From Octopus vulgaris (taxonomy: Eukaryota), in contig OX597829.1 in the NCBI GenBank assembly GCA_951406725.2, positions 38,688,001-38,752,000 on the forward strand: DNA of 64,000 nt, written 5' to 3'. This document shows positions 25,923-39,582 of the stretch, piece after piece. A program made the translations under genes and the position numbers. The notes under the pieces were generated by a model that did not search any database, had not been told where the DNA came from, and was given only the letters and a program-made list of their open reading frames with translations. Each line of letters begins with the position of its first letter. Within the stretch, counting starts at the first letter, position 1.

Positions 25923-26509
25923 GTAAGATTTATATGTTATTCTTGCTGTCAGCATTCCTTTTTTATTTATTTATATTTTTTTTGGCTTGACTATGTTTTG
26001 TTTTTTTTTTCTTTTTTTGTCTTTTAATTAGGTCTGGTTCTTATTGTTATTGATTTCCATATTGTTTTTTTCTTTTATGCTTCATCATTAAGTTGTTTTT
26101 GTACCTTTCTTTCTGGCCATTAATTTTGCGCATATATATATATATATAAATTTATTTGCGTGTGTATTATCTTGTGTGTGTGTATGTGTGTGTGTGTGTC
26201 CATGTGTCTGACAGAACCAAGTGGTTAAGAAACTTGATTCACCATCATGAGTTCCTGGATTTTATATTATATGCAAGTAAGTCTTCTTTACATTAGCTTT
26301 CAATTGGCTGAAACCTTTTTCAGTAAAATTGCATTGAGTAAAACTTCATCGATGGGTCTTCCCAAAGACTACATGACTGGCACAAGTTTATGTGGGATAC
26401 TCAGTCACTGAATAAGTATAATAATTGACTAATGTACAGAGTTGATGTGATGAGTTAAATGCTCCAAATGTTGCCCCAACATGAGATTTGTTCAATGAAT
26501 GAAACAAGT

Positions 26510-27168
26510 ATGGGTGTATGTACATGTGGTTATGCATGTGTAGATCTGTATATATATGCGTATATATATATGTGTGTATATGTATGTATGTGTATATATG
26601 TGTGTATATGTATGTATGTGTATATATGTGTGTGCATATATGTATGTATGTATATGTATGCATGTGTATGTATGTGAGTGTATATATATGTTTACATGTG
26701 CATATATGTATGTGTGCGTATATGTCTGTGTATGTATATATATGTCTGTGTATGTATATATATGTCTGTGTATATGTATATATGTGTGTATATATGTATA
26801 TATGTGCGTATATATATATGTATGTGTGTATATATGTGCGTATGTATGCATGTGTGTATGTATGCATGTGTATATATATGGGTGTGTATATATTTGTATG
26901 TGTGTGTATATGTATGTGTATATATGTATGTATATATATGTATGTGTATATATATGTATGTGTATATATATATGTATTTGTGTATGTGTATATATATGTA
27001 TGTGTGTATATAGGTATATGTATATGTGTGTCTATGTGTGTGTATATGCGTGTATATATGTATGTATATATATTTATGTTTATATGTATGTCTATATATG
27101 TATATATATCTGTATGTCTATATATATATATGTATGTTTATATATATATGTATGTTTATATGTATGTG

Positions 27169-27199
<31 letters not shown>

Positions 27200-27200
27200 A
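26510..27200. repeat. Compound (TA)/(TG) microsatellite
   Basis: About 700 bp of alternating purine-pyrimidine repeats. Confidence 0.95.
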
Positions 27201-27597
27201 TTGTTGACAAATGAATTCATAAACTTCTGAGAGAACATGAAATAATATATTTTTGGAGCAGTGTATCTCAAACCACATAAAACTACAGATAACAGCTTGA
27301 AAATATTGGGCAGCTGTTGAAGCATTCGATTCAAACTGTTTTTTGAACCCAGTATTTACTTGCTATTATTTATAGCATTAAGTACTTTCAGATCCACTGT
27401 TTGCTTCATATATATATCATATATATATATATATATATATATGGTTCTATGTCTAAATATTGCAAAGCTTCTTTCAAATTGTTATATTAAATAAATACAT
27501 ATCTTTTTGTTACATATATTCTTGATAAAGATTTTCCATATTTCACTTTTTTTCTCAGTACAGTTAGTTTAGAATAATCTTCTTAAATTTGTTAATC

Positions 27598-28008
27598 TCT
27601 CTTTTACTCTTTTACTTGTTTCAGTCATTTGACTGTGGCCATGCTGGAGCACCGCTTTTAGTCGAGCAAATCAACCCCAGGACTTATTCTTTGTAAAGCC
27701 TAGTACTTATTCTATCGGTCTCTTTTGCCGAACCGCTAAGTAACGGGGACGTAAACACACCAGCATCGGTTGTCAAGCAATGTTGGGGGACAAACACAGA
27801 CATACAAACACACCCACACACACATATATATATGCACATATATATGACGGGCTTCTTTCAGTTTCCGTCTACCAAATCCACTCACAAGGCTTTGGTCTGC
27901 CCAAGGCTATAGTAGAAGACAGTTGCCCAAGGTGCCACGCAGTGGGAGTGAACCCAGAACCATGTGGTTGGTAAGCAAGCTACTTACCACACAGCCATTC
28001 CTACGCCT
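27598..28008 (-). mobile_element. SINE family B, full length
   Basis: Reverse complement of 1716-2094 type sequence, with ctcttttactcttttac tail. Confidence 0.93.
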
Positions 28009-28869
28009 GTTACACTTCATGTAAAATATAAATTCAAGCTGCTCATAGGGATGCATTGTACATAAAATATAACGCAAAAATCTGATCGGAGATAAGAATA
28101 ATCCTGTGATTCTTTACAACATAACAGCAAATTGTATGAACAATACACTGTATCATTATTTTAGAAAAAGGGATAAGATGCAAAGGTTTTGAAATGTTAA
28201 AAGACTCGTGGATTTAGTCTTACTAACAAGGCATAAAAGAATAATAACAAAATATGAAAAATCCTTTAGGATCAAACTTGAGCAGAATCATCTTTAACAG
28301 ACATATGTATGTATGAATATGTGTACATATATCATCTGTCTGTGGGTGGGTGTGTATGTTGTATGTATTGTATTAATTGTGCAGAAGCAGTATCGCAAAT
28401 AAACAACCATTTATATCAGTTCAAACCTATTTGGAACATATTTGACCTATACAAATTCACATACATATTCACTGTGTTTTGCCATTGAGAAAAATTCTCA
28501 CTTTAGGGTGTGGATGTTGAAAGACATCTACAATGACTTAACCAGTTTATGATGGTGATTCATTCAGTTGCCTGCATGCAGCAACAGTAATCACAATTTA
28601 AAGCATGTACATTGCATGCGTAAATTTACATTTTTAACCCTTTTGAAAGGGTTAAAAATGCCCTTTGGCAGAAGCAGTAAATGCATTTCTAGATTCTTGA
28701 CTATTATCAGCACTGTGTACTACAAGAGAGACAACCCTGAAATGGCTCTGGAAACATTTACTTCCTTGTAGCAAATCAGCATCAAAACATGAACAAAATA
28801 TTGCTATATTTATATGTATATATGTAAATATATGTGAATACACACACACATACACACACATATATATAT

Positions 28870-29090
28870 AATCAAAATAAGCAACAAGGATATCCAAGGT
28901 AGTGTAGTACAATCGTTTCATGTTACTTCGTTTTATTAAGCACTGTAAATATTACATCAGTTTTAAAATGTTGAGCAATCTTCAGTCACATATAGAATTT
29001 TTTAATTAAATGGACAATGCACATTTTTATACTTATTTCATTTGCCAACATTACAAAGCAGGTAGATATATAGACAGAGAGGTTAATTTC
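28870..29090 (-). mobile_element. Penelope-like terminal-repeat fragment with decayed hammerhead 3' half
   Basis: atcaaaataagcaacaag.atatc shared with 52852-52951; minus strand GAAAcgattgTA; flanked by (TA)n. Confidence 0.5.
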
Positions 29091-29347
29091 AATATATATA
29101 TATATACATACATACATACATACATACATACATACATACAACTATGTATATACATGTACACATATATACACTTATGTGTATGTTTACACGTGTATATATG
29201 TGTATAGATGTCTGTTCACATCCTCACATACTTCGCCAGCGGTATATAAATTTTTTTCACTTCACCCCACTCTTCATCAATGAAAAGCTAAAACAGTTTT
29301 CACACGCATAATTCTGCTTTTCTGTCATAATGTCAATCTGGCTTTAA

Positions 29348-29568
29348 CCCTTTCATTACCAACCCGGCTGAAACCGGCTCTGGCTCTGAGTACAAATGTC
29401 TTGTTTTCATAAGTTTTGAATTAAAATCTTCCACCAAACCTTAGACACAATTTATGTTCCTAACATTAGCTGAATGATAACTAAGTTATTTTACTAACTT
29501 CTTTGTTATATTTAAAACTAATTGAAAGAAACACAGAGCATCTCAGCAGAAATATGGTAACAAAAGGG
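29348..29568. mobile_element. piggyBac-type MITE (221 bp)
   Basis: TTAA on both sides (29344-29347, 29569-29572); TIR ccctttcattacca / tggtaacaaaaggg. Decayed relatives at ~8950-9020 and ~20190-20378. Confidence 0.88.
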
Positions 29569-31308
29569 TTAAAGGTTTTAAATCATCGCTAAAAGCCAAT
29601 GCTGAAACTATTTAAGTCTTCAAATCTAAATAGTTTTTTTAATGTGAAATTATAAATATAGTGATTTATTATTCATCTCAGTAGATGTGTCTTCAGAGAT
29701 GCTTGTAGACTTACTCCTGGCTAAAAACATTCCCTACCACCTGATATGTTTCTTAGTCTTCAATTACAACTTCATTCACATCCAAAATACATTATTGCAG
29801 CTTTCTTATAAGAAATGAGAATGACCCTGGCATTGTAGATATTGAAAACAGGCAGACAAATCACCATGTTTCAACAAAAAAAATTAACATTTAAATAGTG
29901 GTGCCCCAGCATGGCCATAGCTCATGAGCTGAAATTAGATCAAATTTGAAACATTTAAAACTTTCTTGTTGAACACCATGCTGATGAAGAGATTTTCGGT
30001 GTGCTCAAGATGTTTTTCAAGAATGTGAATGTGATGACAACCTTTTGACTCTAATGACTAGAACCATTTAATTCATCAGCTGCTGCTTTATTGGTGTCTT
30101 TTCGCCTTTCTCTAGAAATCTTAATTGTCATTTTGATATAATTTACCTCTTGTCAATTTATAAATTTACTCTTTTTTTATAGTTTAAACTTCTTGAAAAC
30201 AATTCAATTTTTGTACTGTTTATAGCTTCATCTCAGTGACAGATATGTTTAAGGCTGTAAAATGTATTGCCTGTAAAAGAGGGGACTAGCAGGAAAATTC
30301 AACCATGGGAATGATAATATTCTTAATTTAACTTGGAAGTTGCAGCTGAAATTGAAACTGAAATATTTTATTTTCATTCTTTAGATTTTAATTTCTATGA
30401 AGAAAACTTTGTCGAGCTTCTTATATTTACTCCCTATAAAATAAAAACAAGGTTGATAGGGTTGTGTCTTTCAAAATTTAAAAATGTACTCCTAACTTCT
30501 CATGTTTTAGCAACTGTAATTGAGCTGATATTTAGGCATACAGAAATAGTTCATGGAGTGAGATGACAGAATGACAACAGGAGGAATTACAACCATGTTT
30601 CGTGGTCTGCTACCACAACAGCTCCTTTATTGGATCCAGTTAGCTCAAGACATCATCGGGAGGATCCACATCTGGTTTCGGCCCCTACTCCTCTACCGTT
30701 TTGACATGGTGGAGGCCCCCCACTTTCGGAGGTGTCTTCAGCCCTGGTGTTGGGTGCATGTCTTTCTTCTTCTTTCTTCTGTTTAACATGAGTAGTAACA
30801 GTCAAATAGGTAATAGTATCCTGTCAATTCAGAAATAAGAAGGAATTAAAATGGTGAGGTCTACCTTTCCCTGCTAAACAATATATTTGAAATCTGTAAC
30901 CATAAAGCTTTGGGGAAAAATCCAACACTCTTCACCCAGAAAATCCCATAAAGGAACAACACTCATGTCTTCTTTAAAGTCTCTCCAGCAAACCACTCTT
31001 CACCAAAATGCACAAAATTTATCTTTCTCAGTATAATCCATTGGGTAAGATCTCAATTAGATGTGCACATGAAAGGGTGCATTAAGGGAAAGAAAAGAGC
31101 CCTTCAAACTTAATGACATTACTAGCATGCCACCTAAGAGAAAGTCTTCTCTTTAATCTTTTCTTTACTTTATTTCCGTCAGATGTCACCCAGAAGTCAA
31201 ATTCCAACTTCAGCTGCAGTGTGCTTAACCTTATACCTTGTTTTGTACTTTTCTAGATTCAGTTTAGAGTATTATCACTCCTGCACCTGCACTTTTCCTG
31301 CTAGTATC

Positions 31309-31361
<53 letters not shown>

Positions 31362-32699
31362 CATACACAATATATTTTTGGAATGTTGTCATTGTTAAAA
31401 TTCCACATTTAAAAGTCATAGCTTAGAAAAATTAGTACACAATTTCAAATACCATGGGATATAGAAAATATTTTGTTTCATTTTAAAATTTGATATTTTA
31501 AGGACATTCTGAAATTTATTCTATAAACATACTGGTTCTAGCATGGCTGTGTGGTAAAGAAGCTCAATTTGCGACCATCTGGTTTCAGATTCAGTGCCAC
31601 TGTGTGACACCTTGGGCAAGTGTCTTCTACTATAACCCAAAGCCAACAAATGCTCTGAGTGAATTTTGTAAATAGAAACTATCTGGAATCCCTTTGAATA
31701 TATGTATGCGTTTGCCCCCCCCCCCCCCTCCCCAGTTTTAGAACTGGTGTTAGTTTGTTTTTGTACATACCCTTAACTTAACAGTTTGCTAAAAAGGGAT
31801 CATTAAAATAAACACCAGAGTTACAAAAAAAATAATAATTACTGGTGTTGATTTGTTCAACTAAAAACCCCAGCATGGCCACAGTACAGGGATTGAAACA
31901 AATAGGAAATAAAGAAATTGGACTGTTACTCTAAATACATTTTAAATTTTAGAAAAATTAAGTCTGACTTATAGAGCATGATATCTGAATATTTTAAATT
32001 TATAAGCAAATTTAAACATAGAATGAAGAAAGAGTAGATCAATTTTTTTCTCTTTAATGGTATTTGAAAGTATGTATTTTTGGCAATATAATTATTTAAA
32101 TGGGGAATTTTATTAGCACCACCATTTCACTACACTTACTGTGTTCGCTATACATTTTAGTGTGAAATATATTTGTCTCCTTGTGTTTTTGCCAAAACAC
32201 TTTCAGTGAACATAACTTGATAACAATATATACAAAATTTAAATGTGAAACAATGAAAGAATGAATTATTTTCTATGCTATTTGAAACTCCATTCTAACT
32301 TTTTATAAGATATAATTTGGAAATAGAGAGAATTTTAATAGCCTATTTAAATCTCTGACAGTTCCTGCACAATATTCATGGTCTGTCCTCATTCCAAGAA
32401 CTCAAACCATTTGCTTGATATGTCTGTGCTGTAGCTTGCCAGAGATGATGACTCTTGGAAGTTGATGGAACAATACTTATACAGTTTCGTGTTTTTCATG
32501 CGGAAATGAGAAATGTCTTTGGTATAATTTTCTGTGTCTGTTCACCATTCTGTATCAAGCACACCTAGATTTAAAAGCTTCACACCTAAAGTTTAACTCC
32601 TGTCTTGTGCAGTCAAACACTAGACCTCGTTGACAATACTGTACAGTTTGTGGCCAGCAAGCATTTTGAACAGTGAACTGCTAGCTCCAGTATGAACTC

Positions 32700-33032
32700 A
32701 GCTGCAACTTTCATTCAAGAGATTCTTTAGACAAATAGTTATGACATGCAACAACTGCAATGGTATATCAATCAAAATTAATTATATTTGGTCAGAAGGA
32801 AAGAATACGTTTCCTTAATATTCCTCTCTCTTTTACTTGTTTCAGTCAGTTGACTGCAGCCATGCTGGAGCACCACCTTTAGTCAAGCAAATCAACCCCG
32901 GGATTTATTCTTTGTAAGCCCAGTACTTATTCTATCGGTCTCTTTTGCCAAACCGCTAAGTGACAGGGACATAAACACACCAGCATTGGTTGTCAAGCAA
33001 TGCTAGGGGGACAAACACGGACACACAAACAT

Positions 33033-33081
<49 letters not shown>

Positions 33082-33720
33082 TACAACAGGCTTCTTTCAG
33101 TTTCCGTCTACCAAATCCACTCACACAGCTTTGGTCGGCCCGAGGCTATAATAGAAGACACTTGCCCAAGATCCCACGCAGTGGGACTGAACCCGGAACC
33201 ATGTGGTTGGTAAGCAAGCTACTTACCACATAGCCACTCCTCAAAATTTATTATACTTGGTCAGAAGGAAAGAATACATTTCCTTAATACTCCTGTTGGA
33301 ATATGCAATAAAATTTTTTGATCAACTTAGTTTTGGTAAGCTGTCCGATCACTCAAGCAAATTGTTGTTTCTGGAATTGCTTCAGCTATACTCACATGTG
33401 GCATGACTGCTCATTCTGCTGTTAGGCTGTCACTCAACTTTACACACAATGGCAGTCCTTTGTGCAATATTGGCAAAAGATCTGAACAGGCAGAGATTTT
33501 GAAGGAATCCAAGCTGAAAGTATGAGAGGGGTGCACAAGGTTTCAAAGAATAGTGTTAAAGACTCTTGTTTGTAACTTACAAAATCTCAGAGGCAACACT
33601 AAGATTATGATCAGAATCACAGTCTTGTTCTTAGGCAAATCCAGCCAATTATTCCAAAGCGTTCACCTACTTACAAGTTGAGAAAAATGTCTCAAAGGAA
33701 TCTATATTTGGAAATGAGAA
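32700..33720 (+). mobile_element. Helitron Rep/helicase (Pif1-like) pseudogene fragment, interrupted by a SINE
   Basis: FLNTPVG...FLINLVL, VSGIASAILTCGMTAHSAVRLSLN...CNIGKRSEQAEILKESKL..EGCT, NLRGNTKIM...TVLFLG follow the Helitron helicase motif order (GGTGKT, SGIAATLL..GRTAHS, IVWDE, GDFRQ); stops and frameshifts present. Confidence 0.8.
32826..33240 (-). mobile_element. SINE family B, full length, with 54-bp flanking duplication
   Basis: Direct repeat 32772-32825 / 33241-33294 (4 mismatches). Confidence 0.93.
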
Positions 33721-34247
33721 GAAAAACTTTATTTTTCTACTAACACAAGAGTTGCACTTAACAGGGGCGTTTCAGCAACTCAGCCTGCAACAGTTTTGCT
33801 TTAAATTGAAGCAACAGTCAGCTACTTGTTGACACTAAGAGTGAATATGTCATAATAGAAAATAAAATTTTGGAACATCAGCTGATCTCAAGAACACTAT
33901 TCAAAATTTATCTTAGCTTGTCATAGAATTAGAGAAACCATTAGTAAATTCCTGAACATCCTAACTCCCAAAAATAGCACCCTCATTCAACAGGTAACTT
34001 GACCAGTCCAAATAGTATTAGCCATTTTAGACTGGAATTAGTATAACAGATGTTGCTAACTGTTTTGGGGTTTACAACCATTTTTTATCTATGCCCCACT
34101 TTGATTACTATTTTATTTTTAAAATTAACTAGTTTTATAGATACTTCTTTCAAAATTGCTATTTTGTTTTTCTCACATTAACTTGTGTAGACTGACCTAT
34201 GTAAAATGTTAATGAAAGAAATCCAACTATTTCTTGCAATACATACC

Positions 34248-34625
34248 TACAATGGGCTAAACACAGAGAGGACAAACAAGGACAGACAAACGGATTAAGT
34301 CAATTACATCAATCGCAGTGCGTAACTGGCACTTATTTACCCGACCCCGAAAGAATGAAAGGCAATCAGCGGGATTTGAACTCACAATGCAGTGACGAGC
34401 GAAATACCTATTTCTTTACTACCCACAAGAGGCTAAATACAGAGAGGACAAACAAGGACATACAAACGGATTAAGTCGATTACATCAATCCCAGTGCGTA
34501 ACTGGTACTTATTTACCCGACCCCGAAAGAATGAAAGGCAGGATTTGAACTCAGAACGTAACAGCAGACGAAATACCGCTAAGCATTTTGCCCGGCGCAC
34601 TAATGTTTCTGCCAGCTCACCGCCT
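34248..34625 (-). mobile_element. SINE family A dimer
   Basis: Two head-to-tail units within one 14-bp TSD ttgcaatacatacc (34234-34247/34626-34639). Confidence 0.92.
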
Positions 34626-35537
34626 TTGCAATACATACCATTACATACATCTAAAGCAAACTATTTTCAGGGGCCCTTAAAATCCTATTGTGTATCCCCA
34701 ATTTACTATTGTTATATGGACCCTGATTGAGAACCACTAGTCTAACAGATTATTACTCCTCTTCAGTTCATCGCTGTTCTTCAAAAATATTCAGCTGAAA
34801 ATGTGAAAGCAGTGTTGTTACAGAATTTGGATACAACTAAATTATAACACTTCAGAACTAATTTTCGAAACTCTTATGCCACATACACCCAAAACAACTA
34901 TTACAACTTGTTGTGCTAAAAGTGAGAGAAACTCTTTTTTTTATCGCATTGCATTCTCTCCATCCCTTTGATATACTATTTTAGTTCTAGTGCCTTCAGC
35001 TTCTAATGACTTGGTCTTTCTCTGACTATCAACAAGACCATTCATATTCCTGCATGATTGCTGGGGTGGAACTGACAAAGCCAAGTTTCTTTCATTGTCA
35101 GTCACATAACTCTGTGATCAAGTATATATATCTTACCATCAGAGCACCAAATCACAGAACAAAAAGATGTTGTCTTCCTCCAGGGTATTTGGTGCATTAA
35201 AAAACGTTTCACTTAGAATTGCTTCTGTTTTATGCATTGCAGAATCAATTTAGAATAATTACTTGAAAGTATATATATAATGAAATGCAAACACATTCTC
35301 AAAAAGTGTCACACATATAAACTGGGAAAAATTCAACTTTAGTTATACATCTTCATTACAGTAATAAAATATATGCAAACAGAATTAACACACAGAATGC
35401 ACTACATAAAAACTTGTTTTAAGTCACTTAACAAAAAAAATTTTACTACATACCCCATACCCAGTCCCCTGTCAATGTTGGACACTTTTGCTACTCTCCA
35501 TATGTGTTTACATGGGTTCATATTTGTTCAAATGTCA

Positions 35538-35576
<39 letters not shown>

Positions 35577-35579
35577 GAG

Positions 35580-35992
35580 TGAGATTACCATACAAGTAAG
35601 ATCATTGCCAGAGCAACAAGCTTGCCTTCGTGCTGATGGCATGTTAAGGACACTATTTGAGCATTATCATTACTGCGTTGCCTTATTAGCACTTGTGCTG
35701 GTGGCTTGTGAAACATTCAAACGAGGTCATTGCCAGTGCCGCTGGACTGGCTCCTGTGCAGGTGGCATGTAAAAAGCACCATTTGGGCATGGCCGTTGCC
35801 AGTACCACCAAACTGGCCCTTGTACCAGTGACACGTAAAAGCACCCACTACACATCTCAGAGTGGTTGGCGTTAGGAAGGGCATCCAGCTGTAGAAACTC
35901 TGCCAGATCAGATTGGAGTCTGGTTCGCCAGACCTCAGTCAAATTGTCCAACCCATGCTAGCATGGAAAGCGGACGTTAAATGATGATGATG

Positions 35993-35993
<1 letters not shown>
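35580..35993 (+). mobile_element. 3'-UTR copy of the RTE LINE (family C)
   Basis: Repeated gtg..ggtggcatgtaaaaagcacc units, gttggcgttaggaagggcatccagc, ends ggacgttaaatgatgatgat; flanked by (TA)n on both sides. Confidence 0.88.
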
Positions 35994-36067
<74 letters not shown>

Positions 36068-36128
36068 TACATAGATATATACCTACACACACATCTATAT
36101 GTATTTGTATATGTCTATACATGCATAT

Positions 36129-36438
36129 ACTTTTTTACTTGTTTCAGTCATTTGACTGTGGCCATGCTGGAGCACCACCTTTAGTCAAGGAAATCGCCCC
36201 CAGGACTTATTCTTTGTAATCCTAATACTTATTCTATTGGTCTCTTTTGCCAAACTGCTAAGTTACACGGACATAAACACACCAGCATCAGTTGTCAAGT
36301 GATGTTGGGGAGACAAACACAGACACACAAGCATATACACACGCACACACATATATAGACGTATATACGATGGGCTTCTTTCAGTTTCCGTCTACCAAAT
36401 CCACTCACAAGGTTTTGGTCGGCCCGAGGCTATAGTAG
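36129..36438 (-). mobile_element. SINE family B, 5'-truncated
   Basis: Matches 27598-28008 from the tail up to ggctatagtag. Confidence 0.9.
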
Positions 36439-36654
36439 TGTCCTCTCTCCTGTCTCTCTCACTCTCCTCTGTTTTTCCTTTCTTCTGTCTTCACACATTG
36501 TAGACTAAAACATATTTCTTTCTAATGAAAGTTATGATATACACTTTACAGAGAGAGACAATGTTTTTGCCTCTCCACTTTACTTTGTCTTCCTCAATAC
36601 ATCTTTTACTCTACTCTTTTCTATCTCTTTCGTCTCTCTTCCCTTCTCATTTGT

Positions 36655-37790
36655 GACATCTCTCTCTCTCTCTCTCTCACTCTCTTTGTCCTCTCTCTCT
36701 CACTCTCTTTGTCCTCTCTCTCTCTCACTCCCCTTGTCCTCTCTCTCACTCCCCTTGTCCTCTCTCTCACTCCCTTGTCCTCTCTCTCACTCCCTTGTCC
36801 TCTCTCTCACTCCCTTGTCCTCTCTCTCACACCCCTTGTTCTCTCTCTCTTTCACTCTCTTTGTCCTCTCTCTCTCACTCTTTTTGTCCTCTCTCTCTCA
36901 CTCCCCTTGTCCTCTCTCTCTCTCACTCCCCTTGTCTCTCTCTCTCACTCTTTTTGTCCTCTCTCTCTCACTCCCCTTGTCCTCTCTCTCTCTCTCCCCT
37001 TGTCCTCTCTCTCTCTCTCCCCTTGTCCTCTCTCTCTCACTCTCTTTGTCCTCTCTCTCTCACTCCTCTTGTTCTCTCTCTCTCACTACTCTCGTCCTCT
37101 CTCGCTCCCTCCTTATCCTCTCTCTCTCACTCCTCTTGTCCTCTCTCTCTCTCACTCCCCTTGTCCTCTCTCTCTCCCCTTGTCCTCTCTCTCCCCTTGT
37201 CCTCTCTCTCTCCCCTTGTCCTCTCTCTCTCCCCTTGTCCTCTCTCTCTCCCCTTGTCCTCTCTCTCTCCCCTTGTCTCTCTCTCTCTCCTTGTCCTCTC
37301 TCTCTCTCACTCTCTTTGTCCTCTCTCTCTCACTCCTCTTGTCCTCTCTCTCTCACTCCTCTTGTCCTCTCTCTCTCACTCCCCTTTCCTTTCTCTCACT
37401 CCCCTTTCCTCTCTCTCACTCCCCTTTCCTCTCTCTCACTCCCCTTTCCTCTCTCTCACTCCCCTTGTCCTCTCTCTCACTTCCCTTGTCCTCTCTCTCA
37501 CTCCCTTGTCCTCTCTCTCACACCCCGTGTTCTCTCTCTCTCACTCTCTATGTCCTCTCTCTCTCACTCTCTTTGTCCTCTCTCTCTCACTCCCCTTGTC
37601 CTCTCTCTCTCTCACTCTCTTTTTCCTCTCTCTCTCACTCCTCTTGTCCTCTCTCTCTCACCCCCTTGTCCTCTCTCTCTCTCCCTCCTTGTCCTCTCTC
37701 TCTCTCAGTCCCCTTATCCTCTCTCTCACTCCCCTTGTCCTCTCTCTCACTCCCCTTGTACTCTCTCTCTCTCTCTCTCCCATCTCCTCC
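36655..37790. repeat. 1.1-kb pyrimidine-rich minisatellite, unit ttgtc(ct)n cactcccc (~20-26 bp)
   Basis: About 50 variable units; strand almost purine-free. Confidence 0.95.
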
Positions 37791-38057
37791 TGCATTCCTC
37801 TACTCCTCCAGTTTTATTTTTCTTTTAACATGGTTGTCATATAATGCCTAACCACTTAGTTTTAATTTCAACAGATGTCTGTGTGTGTGTGTTTGTGTGT
37901 TCACATGTATATTTATGCCAACAGCATTTGTCTCTGTTTACATGCACTTTTGTGCAAATGAGTTGTGTATGCTGGTTGAAAAAACTGTTTAAAGGCAAAA
38001 CTTAGTCCCAGTTAATCTGCTGTAATCAGAATATACTACTTTGCTAAATGTATAGTC

Positions 38058-38645
38058 ATACCTATTTCTTTACTACCCACAAGAAGCTAAACACAGAGGG
38101 GACAAACAAGGACAGACAGATGGATTAAGTTGATTATATCAACCCCAGTGCGTACCAGGTACTTAATTTATCGACCCCAAAAGGATGAAAGGCAAAGTCA
38201 ACCTCGGCGGAATTTGAACTCAGAACGTAACGGCAGACGAAATACCTATTTCTTTACTACCCACAAGGGGCTAATCACAGAGTGGACAAACAAGGACAGA
38301 CACACAGATTAAGTCGATTACATCGACCCCAGTGCGTAACTGGTACTTTTTAAATCAACCCCCAAGAGAATGAAAGGCAAAGTCGACCTCGGCAGAATTT
38401 GAACTCAGAACATAACGGCAGACGAAATACCTATTTCTTTACCACCCACAAAGGGCTAAACACAGAGAGGACAGACACAAGGATTAAGCCGATTACATCG
38501 ACCCCAGTGCGTAACTGGTACTTATTTAATCGACCCCGAAAGGATGAAAGGCAAAGTCGACCTCGGCGGAATTTGAACCCAGAACCCAGACGAAATACGG
38601 CTACGCATTTCGCCCGGCGTGCTAACGGTCCTGCCAGCTCGCCGC
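38058..38645 (-). mobile_element. SINE family A trimer
   Basis: Three head-to-tail units; only the 5'-most (38430-38645) keeps the A-box head. Confidence 0.92.
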
Positions 38646-38864
38646 TAAATGTTTTGTTTCCAATAAGTTTATCAACCATACCAAATAACAAATAAGATTA
38701 GTATTGTATACAGTGGATCCACTTATTGTGATCGCTGGAGGATGAAGCCTTTGTCGATAACAATAACTGGCAAACAGTATCACGCAAATAAGATGTTTGG
38801 GATCTTATTTTCGTAACAAAAATAAGATTGAAAACATTATCTATAATCATAATTAGCGACTTAC

Positions 38865-39582
38865 ACTGCATGCATGCATGTGTGTATTTATGTATGTATG
38901 CTTGTAGCTATGTATGTATGTATACATGTATGTCTGTATGTTTGTACGTATATGTGTATGTATGTAGGTGTATGTACATATACATGTGTATGTATGTATA
39001 TATACATCTGTGTATGCGTGTACATTTACGTGTATGTATGCATGTACATATTCGTGTGTGTATACATATACATGGTGTGCGTATACATATACATTGTGTG
39101 TGTATGTATATACATGTGTGTGTATATGTATGTGTGTATGTATATACATGTGTGTGTATATGTACATGTGTGTATGTATGTACGTGTGTGTGTATGTACA
39201 CATACGTGTGTGTGTGTATGTACATATACGTGTGTGTGTGTGTGTATGTAACGTGTGTGTGTGTATGTACATATACGTGTGTGTATGTACATATACGTGT
39301 GCGTGTGTATGTACATATACGTGTGCGTGTGTATGTACATTTACGTGTGCGTGTGTATGTACATATACATGTGTGCGTGTGTATGTACATATACATGTGT
39401 GCGTGTGTATGTACATATACATGTGTGCGTGTGTATGTACATATACATGTGTGCGTGTGTATGTACTTATACATGTGTGCGTGTGTATGTACATATACAT
39501 GTGTGCGTGTGTATGTACATATACATGTGCGTGTGTATGTACATATACATGTGTGCATGTACATATACATGTGTGTGTGTAT
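38865..39582. repeat. TA/TG microsatellite homogenising into a 26-bp minisatellite
   Basis: acatatacatgtgtgcgtgtgtatgt repeated about 10 times at 39280-39550. Confidence 0.95.

Noticed and set aside
36653-37851. Three 349-391 aa Leu/Ser/Pro ORFs
   Set aside because: All three frames of a CT-rich minisatellite; no coding signal.
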